64,000 nucleotides of DNA. Source: an uncultured Gemmatimonadaceae bacterium (lineage in GTDB: Bacteria; Gemmatimonadota; Gemmatimonadetes; Gemmatimonadales; Gemmatimonadaceae). The stretch's first letter is position 1. Each line of letters opens with the position of its first letter. Shown here piece after piece: positions 53,961 to 63,298 of this stretch. Under the pieces are notes generated by a model. The model did no database searches and was not told where the DNA came from. It was given only the letters and a program-made list of their open reading frames with translations. The translations under genes were made by a program, and so were the position numbers. The DNA lies in assembly GCA_963716745.1 (NCBI GenBank), contig OY970320.1:1376001-1440000 (forward strand), given 5' to 3'.

Positions 53961-55934
53961 CTAGAACCCCGACTGCAGCGCCTGGAAGAGTGTCGTGATG
54001 TTGAACCGCGCCGGGTCCATCTCGTAGAAGCGATTGTCCAGGTACCGGCCCGTCACCGGAAAGTACGGCGGCGATTGCTGGCTCATGCATTGGTCCACGC
54101 TGCGATTCTCACCGTAGCCGTCGCCGCTATTCGTGAACGTGGCGGAGATGACGTTCTGGATCACGCCACCGGCCTGCCGGATGCAGCCGCGTCCTGAGTT
54201 CGCGATGCCGCAATTGTGCAGGTGCTCGGGATGCGCACCGAAATTCTCGACGCCGATCGTGCCCGTGCGGCTCATCATCACGCCGTCGAACACGAAGTCG
54301 TTGGAGGTGAACATTCCGTTATCGTCGCCGTCCGTCCACCGGTATGGGAAGCCGACCGCGGCGCGCTGCGGCGAATTGATGGCGTTGTCGGCGATCATCT
54401 GATTCCCGTCCGACAGCACGCCGAGAAGATTCGCGCAGAGCGTGGTGGATGGGTCCTGCGCGTACACGAGATCGTCAATGTACAGCACGTCGCCGTGCTG
54501 GCCACCGAAGGTCTGCGCGTAGATGGTCACCTTGCCGCGCAGCACGCCGCTGAGCGCGATGGGACCGTGCACATGGATCGCGCCGTGCGAGCCGGGGTTG
54601 ATGCCCTTGTAGAGTGGCCAGAGCCATTTGTCCTGTTCCAAATAGCCGGCGTATTTCGTGCCGACCGGGATCGCGGCAAGCACCGCCGTGGTATTGCCGG
54701 AAGCCCCGCCCCACCGCTGCCAGTAGCCAAAGCTGGTGCTATCGGTGAAGGTCGTGTCCTCACCGCCCTTCTGCCAGTCGGCCGGCACGGGCGCGGGGCT
54801 CGAGAGTTTCGACGGGCGCTCGGTAGCGACCAGATGCGGATCGCCGCGCGGATAGCAGCGGAAGCCAGGGTTGGCCATGATCGCATCACGCTGCGCGGGC
54901 GTGATCGCACCGGCATACATATCGGCCGGCGGCCCGCCAGCGAACCTCGCGGCCATCCACGGCGCGTTGTGTACGGACACGGGCCAGAACGTCAAGCGCG
55001 CCGGAACGGCCGCGGAATCGACGTGCCAGTCGCCGCACATCGCGTCGGGCCCGCTCGCGCCTACCGGATCGACCCGCACATCAGCGGCGCTATTCCCCTG
55101 GTAGACGCGGAAGAATCCTTCGGATGCGCCGAAGATCTCGCCGTCGTTGTCGAGGTCCACCGGCACGAATTCAATGCGCGTCCGGACGTTCGACGACCCC
55201 GTGCCGTTCGAGATCACATCCAGTTCGCCGTCCAACGCCCGCGTGTGGATGATCGCCAACCTGGTGACCGGCGGGATCGGGATGAACGGCGCGCCGTCGA
55301 TCTTCCCCTTGTGGTAGATCGGCGCGCCGCCGCCTGCGACGCCATGCGCCGAGATCGTATCGTAGTAGTTCGGACTGCCGCACGACTGCCAGTTCTGGTT
55401 GCTGTGTCCGCGGCCGCGGATGAATTCGCCCGTCGCGTAGCATACGCCTGGCCAAATGTTGGTGAACATCGCGAAGCGCGCGAAGTTCTCCGCTTGCAGC
55501 TCGAGGCGGCGCACGAAGTGCGTCCCTGAAACGTCGTACGCCTCGGCGACCACGCTCGCGAACTGGCCGAACTGGCCCGACAGGTTGCCCGAGGGTCCGA
55601 CGTACACGTTGACGTGCACGCGCGGCACGGGGAGCCCATCCGCGCCAATGATCTGGCCGCCGGAGATCAGCGTGACATATCCGCTGTCGGGGAGCACCAG
55701 CGTCGTGTCCTTCACGAGCTGCGCTTTGCCCATGGCGAGCGCCGCCTCCGCCGCGTAGCGGAAGTCGTTCTCGTGGTCGAGATAGTCGCCCACGAGCACA
55801 CCGCTGCTCATCAGCACGAGTGCCGAGAGTGCGAGGGCGGCGAGGGTGACCGTCATGAGAAGGACGAGGATCAGTGCGCTGCCGCGGCGGCGGGGGGCAG
55901 GCTCTTGCTCGAGCAACGTGTGGACTCGGGTCAT
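53961..55934 (-). CDS. Large PilX-like minor pilin, copy 2
   Basis: RRRGSALILVLLM type-III-like signal, YAAEAAL; start MTRVH; paralogous to 56156..58144. Confidence 0.75.
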   Translation of the reverse strand: MTRVHTLLEQEPAPRRRGSALILVLLMTVTLAALALSALVLMSSGVLVGDYLDHENDFRYAAEAALAMGKAQLVKDTTLVLPDSGYVTLISGGQIIGADGLPVPRVHVNVYVGPSGNLSGQFGQFASVVAEAYDVSGTHFVRRLELQAENFARFAMFTNIWPGVCYATGEFIRGRGHSNQNWQSCGSPNYYDTISAHGVAGGGAPIYHKGKIDGAPFIPIPPVTRLAIIHTRALDGELDVISNGTGSSNVRTRIEFVPVDLDNDGEIFGASEGFFRVYQGNSAADVRVDPVGASGPDAMCGDWHVDSAAVPARLTFWPVSVHNAPWMAARFAGGPPADMYAGAITPAQRDAIMANPGFRCYPRGDPHLVATERPSKLSSPAPVPADWQKGGEDTTFTDSTSFGYWQRWGGASGNTTAVLAAIPVGTKYAGYLEQDKWLWPLYKGINPGSHGAIHVHGPIALSGVLRGKVTIYAQTFGGQHGDVLYIDDLVYAQDPSTTLCANLLGVLSDGNQMIADNAINSPQRAAVGFPYRWTDGDDNGMFTSNDFVFDGVMMSRTGTIGVENFGAHPEHLHNCGIANSGRGCIRQAGGVIQNVISATFTNSGDGYGENRSVDQCMSQQSPPYFPVTGRYLDNRFYEMDPARFNITTLFQALQSGF

Positions 55935-56155
55935 GGCGATACCTGGTGCGAGTGGGCGACGGCACCCGGAACATTCCGTCGCACGTGTAAAGAAAGTTTT
56001 CGAATCACGTTCGGGACCTGCCGGAAGCACGATGAGCGGCCTGACACGCGACTGGTGCGTGGTGGCCGCCCTTCGTTTCATAACGTTCGAGTCGCGCCGC
56101 ACCGGCGAGCGGTGCGTCCTTCGTGATGGTCCGCGTCGCGGACCGGTCTCGTCCG

Positions 56156-58144
56156 TTAGAATCCTCCCTGCAGGTTGAAGAACATGTTGGTGACATTGAA
56201 GCGGCCCGGATCGATCTCGTAGAAGCGGTTGTCAATGTACGAGCCGGTGACCGGGAAGTACGGCGGGGACATCTGCAGCATGCACTGGTCCACGCTGCGG
56301 TTCTCGCCGAAGCCCGTGCCGCCGCCGGCGTACGTCGCCGACATGGTCTGCTGGATGACGCCGCCCGCCTGCGTGATGCAGCCGCGGCCGGTCGGAGCGC
56401 CATTGCAGTTCTTCAGATTCTCGGCGTGCGATCCATAGTTCTCGACGCCGATCGTGCCCAAGCGGCTCATCATGACGCCATGGAAGACGAAGTCGTTCGA
56501 CGTGATCATGCCGTTGTCATTGCCGTCGGTCCAGCGGAACGGCATGCCGGTGCCGGCCTGCTGCGGGGAGTTGATCGCATTGTCGGCGATCATCTGGTCG
56601 CCGTCGGAGAGCACGCCCAGCAGATTGGCGCAGAGTACCGCCGCGGGATCCTGCGCGTACACCAGGTCATCGATATAGAGCACGGTGCCGGTGGCGCCGC
56701 CGGTGGTGGCGGCGTACAGGGTGATCTTTCCGCGCAGCACGCCACTGAGCGCGATCGGGCCGTGCACGTGGATCACACCCTTCGTGGTGGTGTTGATGCC
56801 GCGATAGAGCGGCCACAGGCGGGTGGCCTGCGCCTGATAGTTGACGTACTTGTTGCTGGCGCTCATGCCCGCGAGCGCGGTGACGGTGTTGCCGGTGGAA
56901 CCGGGCCACTTCCTCCAATAGCCGTAGCTGGTGCTGTCGGTCCACGTCGTGTCCTCACCGCCCTTCTGATAGTCGGCGGCCACCGGCGCGGGCGACGAGA
57001 GCTTCAGCTTGCGCTCGAAGGCGACGAGGTGCGGATCGCCGGCGCTGTAGCAGCGGAAGCCGTTCGCGTTCGCCATGATCGCATTGCGCTTGGCGATCGC
57101 CGCCGTGGCCGTATTGAACGTGTCGGCCGGCGGCTTGCCGGCGAAGCGCGCCCACATCCACGCCTGGTTGTGCACCGCCGTGGGCCAGAACGTGAGGCGC
57201 GCCGGCGTGGCCGTGGAATCGATGTGCCAGTCGCCGCAGAGGCTGTCGGGCGGCGAGTTGATGCCGGCGCTGTACTGGACGGGCGTGACGCGCAGGCGGT
57301 CGGTGCGATTCGAATTGTAGACGCGGAAGAATCCTTCCGCCGGGCCGGTGATGAGGCCGTCATTGTCGAGGTCGAGCGCGACGAACTCGATGCGCGTACC
57401 CAGGTTCGCCAGCGTGGTCCCGAGCGGCGCGATGTCCAGGTTCCCGGCCGTCGCGTTCGTGTGCAGGTTCGCGAGCTGTGCGACCGACGGGATCGGAATC
57501 ACCTTCGCGCCGTTGATGTAACCCTTCTTGAACACGGCGCTGCTCACAGTGACGGTGGTCACGGCGGAGACGGTGTCGTAGTAAGTGGGCGAGCCGCAGT
57601 TGTTCCAGCCCTGGTTGCTGTGCGCGCGTCCCTTGATGAATTCGCCCGTGCTATAGCAGACGCCGGGGAAGACGTTCGTGAACATCGCGTAGCGCGCGAA
57701 ATTAGTGGCTTCGAGCTCCAGGCGCCGCACATAGTGCGTGCCGCCGGCGTCGTACGCCTCGGCGATCAGGCTCGCGAACTGTCCGAATTGTCCCGTCGTG
57801 TTACCGGTCTTGCCGGCGTAGAGGTTCACATGCACGTTCGGGATCGTCACGCCATCGGCCCCCGTGATCGTGCCGCCCGAGACGAGCGTGACGAATCCGC
57901 TGTCGGGGAGATGGACGGTGGTGTCCTTCGTGATGCGCGCCTTCCCCATGGCGAGCGCCGCTTCGGCCGCGTAGCGGAATTCCCGCTCGCGGTCGTAGTA
58001 CTTGGTGAGCATCGTGCCACTGCCGGTGAGCAGAATCGCGGACATTGCGACCGCCGCGAGCGTCACCGTCATGAGGAGCACGAGGACGAGCGCGGAGCCG
58101 CGACGGTGTCGGCGGCCGGCGTGAGCGCGGGGGAAGCGGGGCAT
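56156..58144 (-). CDS. Large PilX-like minor pilin, copy 1
   Basis: RRGSALVLVLLM, YAAEAAL, large C-terminal domain. Confidence 0.78.
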   Translation of the reverse strand: MPRFPRAHAGRRHRRGSALVLVLLMTVTLAAVAMSAILLTGSGTMLTKYYDREREFRYAAEAALAMGKARITKDTTVHLPDSGFVTLVSGGTITGADGVTIPNVHVNLYAGKTGNTTGQFGQFASLIAEAYDAGGTHYVRRLELEATNFARYAMFTNVFPGVCYSTGEFIKGRAHSNQGWNNCGSPTYYDTVSAVTTVTVSSAVFKKGYINGAKVIPIPSVAQLANLHTNATAGNLDIAPLGTTLANLGTRIEFVALDLDNDGLITGPAEGFFRVYNSNRTDRLRVTPVQYSAGINSPPDSLCGDWHIDSTATPARLTFWPTAVHNQAWMWARFAGKPPADTFNTATAAIAKRNAIMANANGFRCYSAGDPHLVAFERKLKLSSPAPVAADYQKGGEDTTWTDSTSYGYWRKWPGSTGNTVTALAGMSASNKYVNYQAQATRLWPLYRGINTTTKGVIHVHGPIALSGVLRGKITLYAATTGGATGTVLYIDDLVYAQDPAAVLCANLLGVLSDGDQMIADNAINSPQQAGTGMPFRWTDGNDNGMITSNDFVFHGVMMSRLGTIGVENYGSHAENLKNCNGAPTGRGCITQAGGVIQQTMSATYAGGGTGFGENRSVDQCMLQMSPPYFPVTGSYIDNRFYEIDPGRFNVTNMFFNLQGGF

Positions 58145-58162
58145 GGCGAGTTCCTATTCCTG

Positions 58163-59333
58163 TTATGGAATGGTGATGGGGCCGGCCTGGACGAGCGTCG
58201 AGTTCGCGGGCGTGCAATCCTGCGCGACCACGGCCCACACCCAGGTACCGGAAGACAACGACGTATCATCGAGCGTGAAGGTGGCGCCGCTCGCCGCGAC
58301 ATCCGCGACGGGCTCGCCCCAATCGGTGTCGGTCTGGTATTTCTTGAACACCATATAGCGTTCGACGTCCTTCTCGCCGTTGTCCTGGTCCACCGAGGCG
58401 GTCCACTGGAGCCGCACCTTGGTGTACGGGCCGCCCGCCGGCAGCGGCGTGGCGGTGAGGCCGGTGACCGGGAGGGGCGCATCGCCGCACATCGTGGCGC
58501 GCACCATGCCGGCATTGATCAGCTTCGTGGAGCTCTCGACCTTGCGGATGATGTCGCCCTTCACCGGATCCTTGAACAATCCCCATGCATGCACGCGCAC
58601 CATGCGCAGCGAGTCCGTCCAGGCGCTCTTGCCCGTATCGGAGGTGGAGCCGTGGAGGGGCGCCGAGTGCAGGAGCGGGAGCTGCGACGGAAGGATCGAA
58701 TCGAGATTGCCGGCGGAGTCGACACGATAGTATGTGAAGAACGCCTGACCGGTGGGGATGATGATGTCCTTCGCCACGAGGTGCGGCGGGATCCGTGTTC
58801 GCGCGGCGCCACAGCACGTACTGGTCCGAGCGCCCCGAAGTGCTGTCGAGCGACACCCAATACTGGATCGTCTCGGCGCGGCTCGGGACCGAATTCGCGA
58901 AGTAGTTGGAATCGGGATAGTGCCACGCGCTGTAGGCGAGCTGCTGCTTGTTCGACGTGTTCATGCTGATGACCGAGTTCGAATCGAGCGTCGGGTCGAA
59001 GTAGATCGAACTGGCGTCCATCGAGTCGGTGGTCGCGAGGTCGGCATTGAAGGTGAGCGCGAACTTGTCGGCCTGCACGATGAGCGGCTGCGTGGACACG
59101 ATGCCGATGCCCGCGATGCGCAGATCGCGGTCGATCGCGTTCTGCGCGAAGCGCGCGTTCTGGAGCGCGTCCTGGCGGCCCGAGCTGGTGCTCACCGAGC
59201 GCGCCTGGAAGCGGAAGAACGGCACGGCGAGGCCGAAGACCATGACGAACAGGAAGAGCGCGATCATCAGTTCGATGAGCGTGACGCCGCGCCGCATGGT
59301 GGAGAGCCGGTGTGAAGTCAGCGTGGTTTTCAT
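58163..59333 (-). CDS. PilW-like minor pilin with C-terminal fibronectin-III-like domain (frameshift ~58789)
   Basis: RRGVTLIEL prepilin motif, IDRDLRIAG, VRLQWTASVD. Confidence 0.75.
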
Positions 59334-59753
59334 CAGAAGGCGCGCGATGATGGTGGACTTCTTCACCGGCTTGGACAGACTCGGGTGCGAGACCGTGACC
59401 GTGATGGCGGTGTAGTCGGTGGACGCGTTGCTCGTCCGCAGCACCTGCGTGACGCGTGTGTAGTTCGGGTAACCCGGGATCGCGTTCTCCGTCGCCGCGT
59501 AGGTGGCGTTGAGGGTCGCGTATGACATGCTCGACTTGATCGTTTCGAGACGGTCGATGACGAGGTCCGTGGCGGTCGAACTCAACGAGCCGTTGCTCGT
59601 CGAGTGCTGGAAGCTCGTGATGAAGCGGCCCATGCCGAGCAGCGCGCCGGTGAGGATGACCATCGCGACCATGACCTCCATGAGCGTCATGCCGCGCCGC
59701 GCGGCGAGCAGCCGCCGGCGCATCGGGAGAGGGAGCGGTGAGGCGTTCGTCAT
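59333..59753 (-). CDS. PilV-like minor pilin (appears fused to pilW, probably through one extra base ~59342)
   Basis: RRGMTLMEV prepilin motif; TGATG overlap at 59335-59331 if one base is removed. Confidence 0.72.
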
Positions 59754-60337
59754 AGATTCCCCGGCAGCCAGTGGGCACCAATGTACTTGAACCAGTCCGT
59801 GCGGCCGGTGGATTGCACCACCGTGACGCCGCGATAGTCGGCGTTCTGCGCGCGCCTGGACGTGACGTAGATCTCGAGGTCCGTGTTCGCCGCGCCGTCG
59901 CGGCGGAAGATGATGCTCTTCATCCCGTCCACCGTGACGATGTTCGTGCCGATGATCGATGCGCTCGCGCCGCCGTTCACGCCGGCGGGTGGAATCGCGA
60001 AGTGCACCGAGTCTTCCAGCGTGACCCAGGTCGCCCGCTCACCGGCCGTGTAGGCGTTATTGTTGTTGTTGTCCTCGAGCGTGCGCACGCGCATGTGCAC
60101 CTCGTCGAAGCTCACGACCACGTTGTACTGCCGCGTGACGGCAAGCCGTTGCGCATTCTGCAGCGACATGCGGATCTGGCGCGCCGCGGCATCCACTTGG
60201 AACTGGGTGAAGTTCACGCGAGGATACGCATAAGCCGCGATGATGCCGATGATCACGAGTGTGATGATCAGCTCAATGGCGGTGTAGCCGGTCCGGCTCG
60301 TGGGTATCACGCGGTGCGCAAATCGCGAAGCGTTCAC
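59750..60337 (-). CDS. FimT/FimU-like minor pilin
   Basis: GYTAIELIITLVIIG, LQNAQRLAV. Confidence 0.8.
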   Translation of the reverse strand: MNASRFAHRVIPTSRTGYTAIELIITLVIIGIIAAYAYPRVNFTQFQVDAAARQIRMSLQNAQRLAVTRQYNVVVSFDEVHMRVRTLEDNNNNNAYTAGERATWVTLEDSVHFAIPPAGVNGGASASIIGTNIVTVDGMKSIIFRRDGAANTDLEIYVTSRRAQNADYRGVTVVQSTGRTDWFKYIGAHWLPGNL

Positions 60338-60479
60338 GGTCCTCTCGCATTGTGTCGCCGGCCGGATCTCCGGCTCGACGGGCCCTCTGGATCCATGCCG
60401 GAGTCGCTAGCAGTCGATCGCTGCGCCCGCCGGCACGCACGACAGTCCCTCCAATGCGACCGCGCGCACCCAATATCCA

Positions 60480-60593
60480 AGCAGTTACCATGCCGTAAGT
60501 TAACTTCATTCAAATCAATGAGTTACAGTTATCCACGCAGCCATCGTCATACGCAATGAATTGCGCCATAGCTACTTAGTTGCATATGCGCAA
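60480..60593 (-). promoter_or_regulatory. Putative sigma54 promoter with IHF site and palindromic upstream activator sites for the pilin operon
   Basis: Minus strand CGGCATGGTAACTGCT (GG-N10-GC, 60480-60495); AATCAAtgagTTA (60513-60525) matches WATCAANNNNTTR; cgcaa-N4-ttgcg (60552-60565); ttgc-N6-gcaa (60580-60593). Confidence 0.65.
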
Positions 60594-60741
60594 GACGTGG
60601 CTCCGAACTGACTGATCCCGGCGCCACCCACCGCCGTGATGCGTGACCACCCTGTACCGCAAGTCATCTTTCCATAAGTAGGACTTCTCCAAGCCTCCCG
60701 CTGTCACGCCGACGGCCGTTCAGCAATCCGCCAAGGAATCC

Positions 60742-61587
60742 ATGGGGTTGGTCGCCACGCTGCTGCCTGCAGCGATAAGACAAGAGCGCGTGCGGGCGGC
60801 TTTGCGGGACCGCCACGCCCTCGTCACGTGCGCCACCTGGGACGAGCTGCTGGTGGCGTGCGGGCGCCGGCCGGTCACAGTGGCGCTCGTGGACCTCTAT
60901 CCCGACGCGCCCGGCAGCGACACCACACCGGCCTTCGATGCGCTCCGCCGGCTCCGCCGGCGCTTCCCCAGCGTCACGGTGGTCCTCTATACCTCGGCGT
61001 CGCCGGCGCACGCGCACGACCTATTCGAGGCGGGGCGGTTCGGCATGGAGGGTCTCGTGCTCGCTGACCTGGACGATGACCCACGGCGCTTGCGCGCGAC
61101 CATCGACCAGGCCGAAGCGCGCGGCGCGATCGAGTTGCTGCGCCCGGCGCTCGCGGGGGTGAAGCCCACCGTGCGCGACGCGCTGCTCCTGTGCGTCACC
61201 CGCGCGCACCAACAGCTCAAGCCGGATGAATTGGCGGCCGTGCTGGGGCTGCGCCGCAAGCTGCTTTCGGAGCGGCTGGTGACGGCGGGCTTCCCCACGT
61301 CGCAGCGGCTGATCGCGTGGGGGCGGCTGATCGTCGCAGCTCGGCTGCTGGAGGATCCAGAGCGCACGGCCGACGGCGTCGCGATGGCGCTCGACTATCC
61401 GTCGGGCAGCGCCTTTCGCAACGCGTGCCAGCGGTACGTGCACGCGGCACCACACCAAGTGCGCGCACGCGGCGGAGCCGCGTACGTGATCCGCGAACTC
61501 CTGGCGCAGGCTGGCGTCGCGAGCGATGTGACGCCCACCGCGCGTTCGCTCACGCCAACCGCTCCCCTCCCATCAGTACGGCCATGA
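60742..61587 (+). CDS. AraC-type regulator with receiver-like N-terminus
   Basis: VALVDL...VVLYT receiver-like fold; C-terminal VAMALDYPSGSAFRNAC HTH. Confidence 0.7.
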   Translation: MGLVATLLPAAIRQERVRAALRDRHALVTCATWDELLVACGRRPVTVALVDLYPDAPGSDTTPAFDALRRLRRRFPSVTVVLYTSASPAHAHDLFEAGRFGMEGLVLADLDDDPRRLRATIDQAEARGAIELLRPALAGVKPTVRDALLLCVTRAHQQLKPDELAAVLGLRRKLLSERLVTAGFPTSQRLIAWGRLIVAARLLEDPERTADGVAMALDYPSGSAFRNACQRYVHAAPHQVRARGGAAYVIRELLAQAGVASDVTPTARSLTPTAPLPSVRP

Positions 61588-62536
61588 TCGCCTTCTGCAC
61601 GTGCAGACGATTCTCCGCTTCGTCCCACACGCGGCTCTGAGGCCCATCGATCACCGCCGCTGAGACCTCCTCGCCGCGGTGCGCGGGCAGGCAGTGCAGG
61701 AAGATCGCGTCGGGGTGTGCCGTGCGCATGAGACCGCTGTTCACTTCGTAGCCCGCGAAAGCGCGCGCGCGTTTGTCCTGCTCCTCCTCCTGCCCCATGC
61801 TCGCCCAGACATCCGTGTTCACCACGTGCGCGCCCATCGCGGCCTCGCGCGGATCGCGCACGACGCTCACTCTCGCCGCGCCCTGCGCACGCTTGAGGAT
61901 CTCGGGATCGGGATCGTAGCCTTTGGGGCACGCGAGCGTGAGCTCGAAGCCGAGCACGTAGGCCGCGTTGATCCAGGAGTTGGCCATGTTGTTGCCGTCG
62001 CCGATCCACGCGACCTTCTTGCCGTCCCAGCCGCCGAGGTGCTGCTTGACGGTGAGCAGATCGGCGAGGATCTGGCACGGGTGCAGGAGGTCGGTGAGCC
62101 CGTTGATCACCGGTACGCTGGCGTGATGCGCGAGTTCTTCCACCTCGCTGTGCGCGAAGGTGCGGATCATGATGCCATCGACGTAGCGCGACAGCACGCG
62201 CGCGGTGTCGGCAATGGGTTCGCCGCGTCCGAGCTGGATGTCGCGCGGCGAGAGGAAGAGCGCGTGCCCGCCGAGCTGCCACGCCCCGACCTCGAACGAC
62301 ACGCGGGTGCGCGTGGAGGCCTTCATGAAGATCATGGCGAGCGATTTGCCGGCGAGGGGCTTCTTCGTGTAGCGGCCGAGGCGCATCTTGTCGGCGAGCG
62401 CGAAGAGGGCAATGAGTTCCTTGGCCGTGAAGTCCGGAATGGCCAGGAAGTCGCGGTGGGTGACTGCTGCGGGCTGTCGGCTGTCGGCTGTCGCGTGCGT
62501 GGGCCGGCGCTTCGTGGGCTTCTTTTTGGGAGGCAT
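61550..62536 (-). CDS. argF: Ornithine carbamoyltransferase
   Basis: STRTR, HPCQ, GDGNN, DVWASMGQ, HCLP. Confidence 0.95.
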   Translation of the reverse strand: MPPKKKPTKRRPTHATADSRQPAAVTHRDFLAIPDFTAKELIALFALADKMRLGRYTKKPLAGKSLAMIFMKASTRTRVSFEVGAWQLGGHALFLSPRDIQLGRGEPIADTARVLSRYVDGIMIRTFAHSEVEELAHHASVPVINGLTDLLHPCQILADLLTVKQHLGGWDGKKVAWIGDGNNMANSWINAAYVLGFELTLACPKGYDPDPEILKRAQGAARVSVVRDPREAAMGAHVVNTDVWASMGQEEEQDKRARAFAGYEVNSGLMRTAHPDAIFLHCLPAHRGEEVSAAVIDGPQSRVWDEAENRLHVQKAIMAVLMGGERLA

Positions 62537-62643
62537 GGACCCAAAGTTAGCGGCTCGCTGAGCAGGGGCGCCAGCGGAGCTATTGCGTGTACGTGGTGTA
62601 TCGAGCATGGATTAGGTGTGGGCCTTAGCCCCGGGAGGGCACG

Positions 62644-63237
62644 ATGAGATTCTTGCGTGGGATCGCAGCGGCAGCGGCATTCGTGGCGGCGGGTACGGCG
62701 GCGGCGCAGGCGGACACGGGGCTGCAGGGCGTGGCGTCGGTGGGCGGGATCTTGGGACAGGGGGCTATGTTGTACGGCGCGCAGGCCGGTGTGGCGTTCA
62801 CGCTGCCGGACGATCGCTTCCAGATCCGCTATCTGGTGCAGTACTACGGGACCGGCAGTTACGGAGTGCCCGTCCCCGGCGGCTGCTTCGCGACGTGTCC
62901 GGTGACCACCAACAACAATTCGATCGTCGGCACCGCCGTGGGCGCGCGGTTCAATGTGTTCAACGCGGATCAAGCGCCGTATCTCGTCGGCACCGTTGGG
63001 CTGTATCAGTCGAGATTCGCGGTGAATACGTCGGCGGTCGCCGGGGACCCGGTCATCGCCGCGTCGCGACAGCAGTACCTGGCCACTGGTATCGGCGCGG
63101 GCGGCGGCATCGGGATCAATGTGAATGCCGGATTCGCTCGACTATATGGCGAGGTGCAGGTGATGTACACGACGCTCTACCATGGAACGAACGCGCCTTC
63201 GTTCTTCATGCCGGTGGTGGTCGGAATCGGATTCTAG
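62644..63237 (+). CDS. Putative small outer-membrane beta-barrel protein
   Basis: Signal peptide, amphipathic strands, terminal VVVGIGF. Confidence 0.6.
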   Translation: MRFLRGIAAAAAFVAAGTAAAQADTGLQGVASVGGILGQGAMLYGAQAGVAFTLPDDRFQIRYLVQYYGTGSYGVPVPGGCFATCPVTTNNNSIVGTAVGARFNVFNADQAPYLVGTVGLYQSRFAVNTSAVAGDPVIAASRQQYLATGIGAGGGIGINVNAGFARLYGEVQVMYTTLYHGTNAPSFFMPVVVGIGF

Positions 63238-63264
63238 CGACCACGGTCGATCGTGACGACAAGT

Positions 63265-63295
63265 GAAGGGCCCGGTCGGCGAGACCGGGCCCTTC
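63265..63295. terminator. Hairpin between convergent genes, probable bidirectional terminator
   Basis: 13-bp perfect stem gaagggcccggtc / gaccgggcccttc. Confidence 0.7.
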
Positions 63296-63298
63296 TTG

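Noticed and set aside
56123..58969. Very long antisense and alternate-frame ORFs (for example 948 aa here, 809 aa at 24715..27144, 768 aa at 31154..33460)
   Set aside because: Shadow ORFs of well-supported genes in high-GC DNA, with no recognisable motifs.
58266..59753. PilV-PilW fusion protein with two prepilin motifs
   Set aside because: Removing one base near 59342 restores a stop and a TGATG overlap, consistent with the window-wide indel pattern.
60529..60537. DnaA box / replication origin (ttatccacg)
   Set aside because: A single mismatched box with no cluster and no oriC-associated genes.
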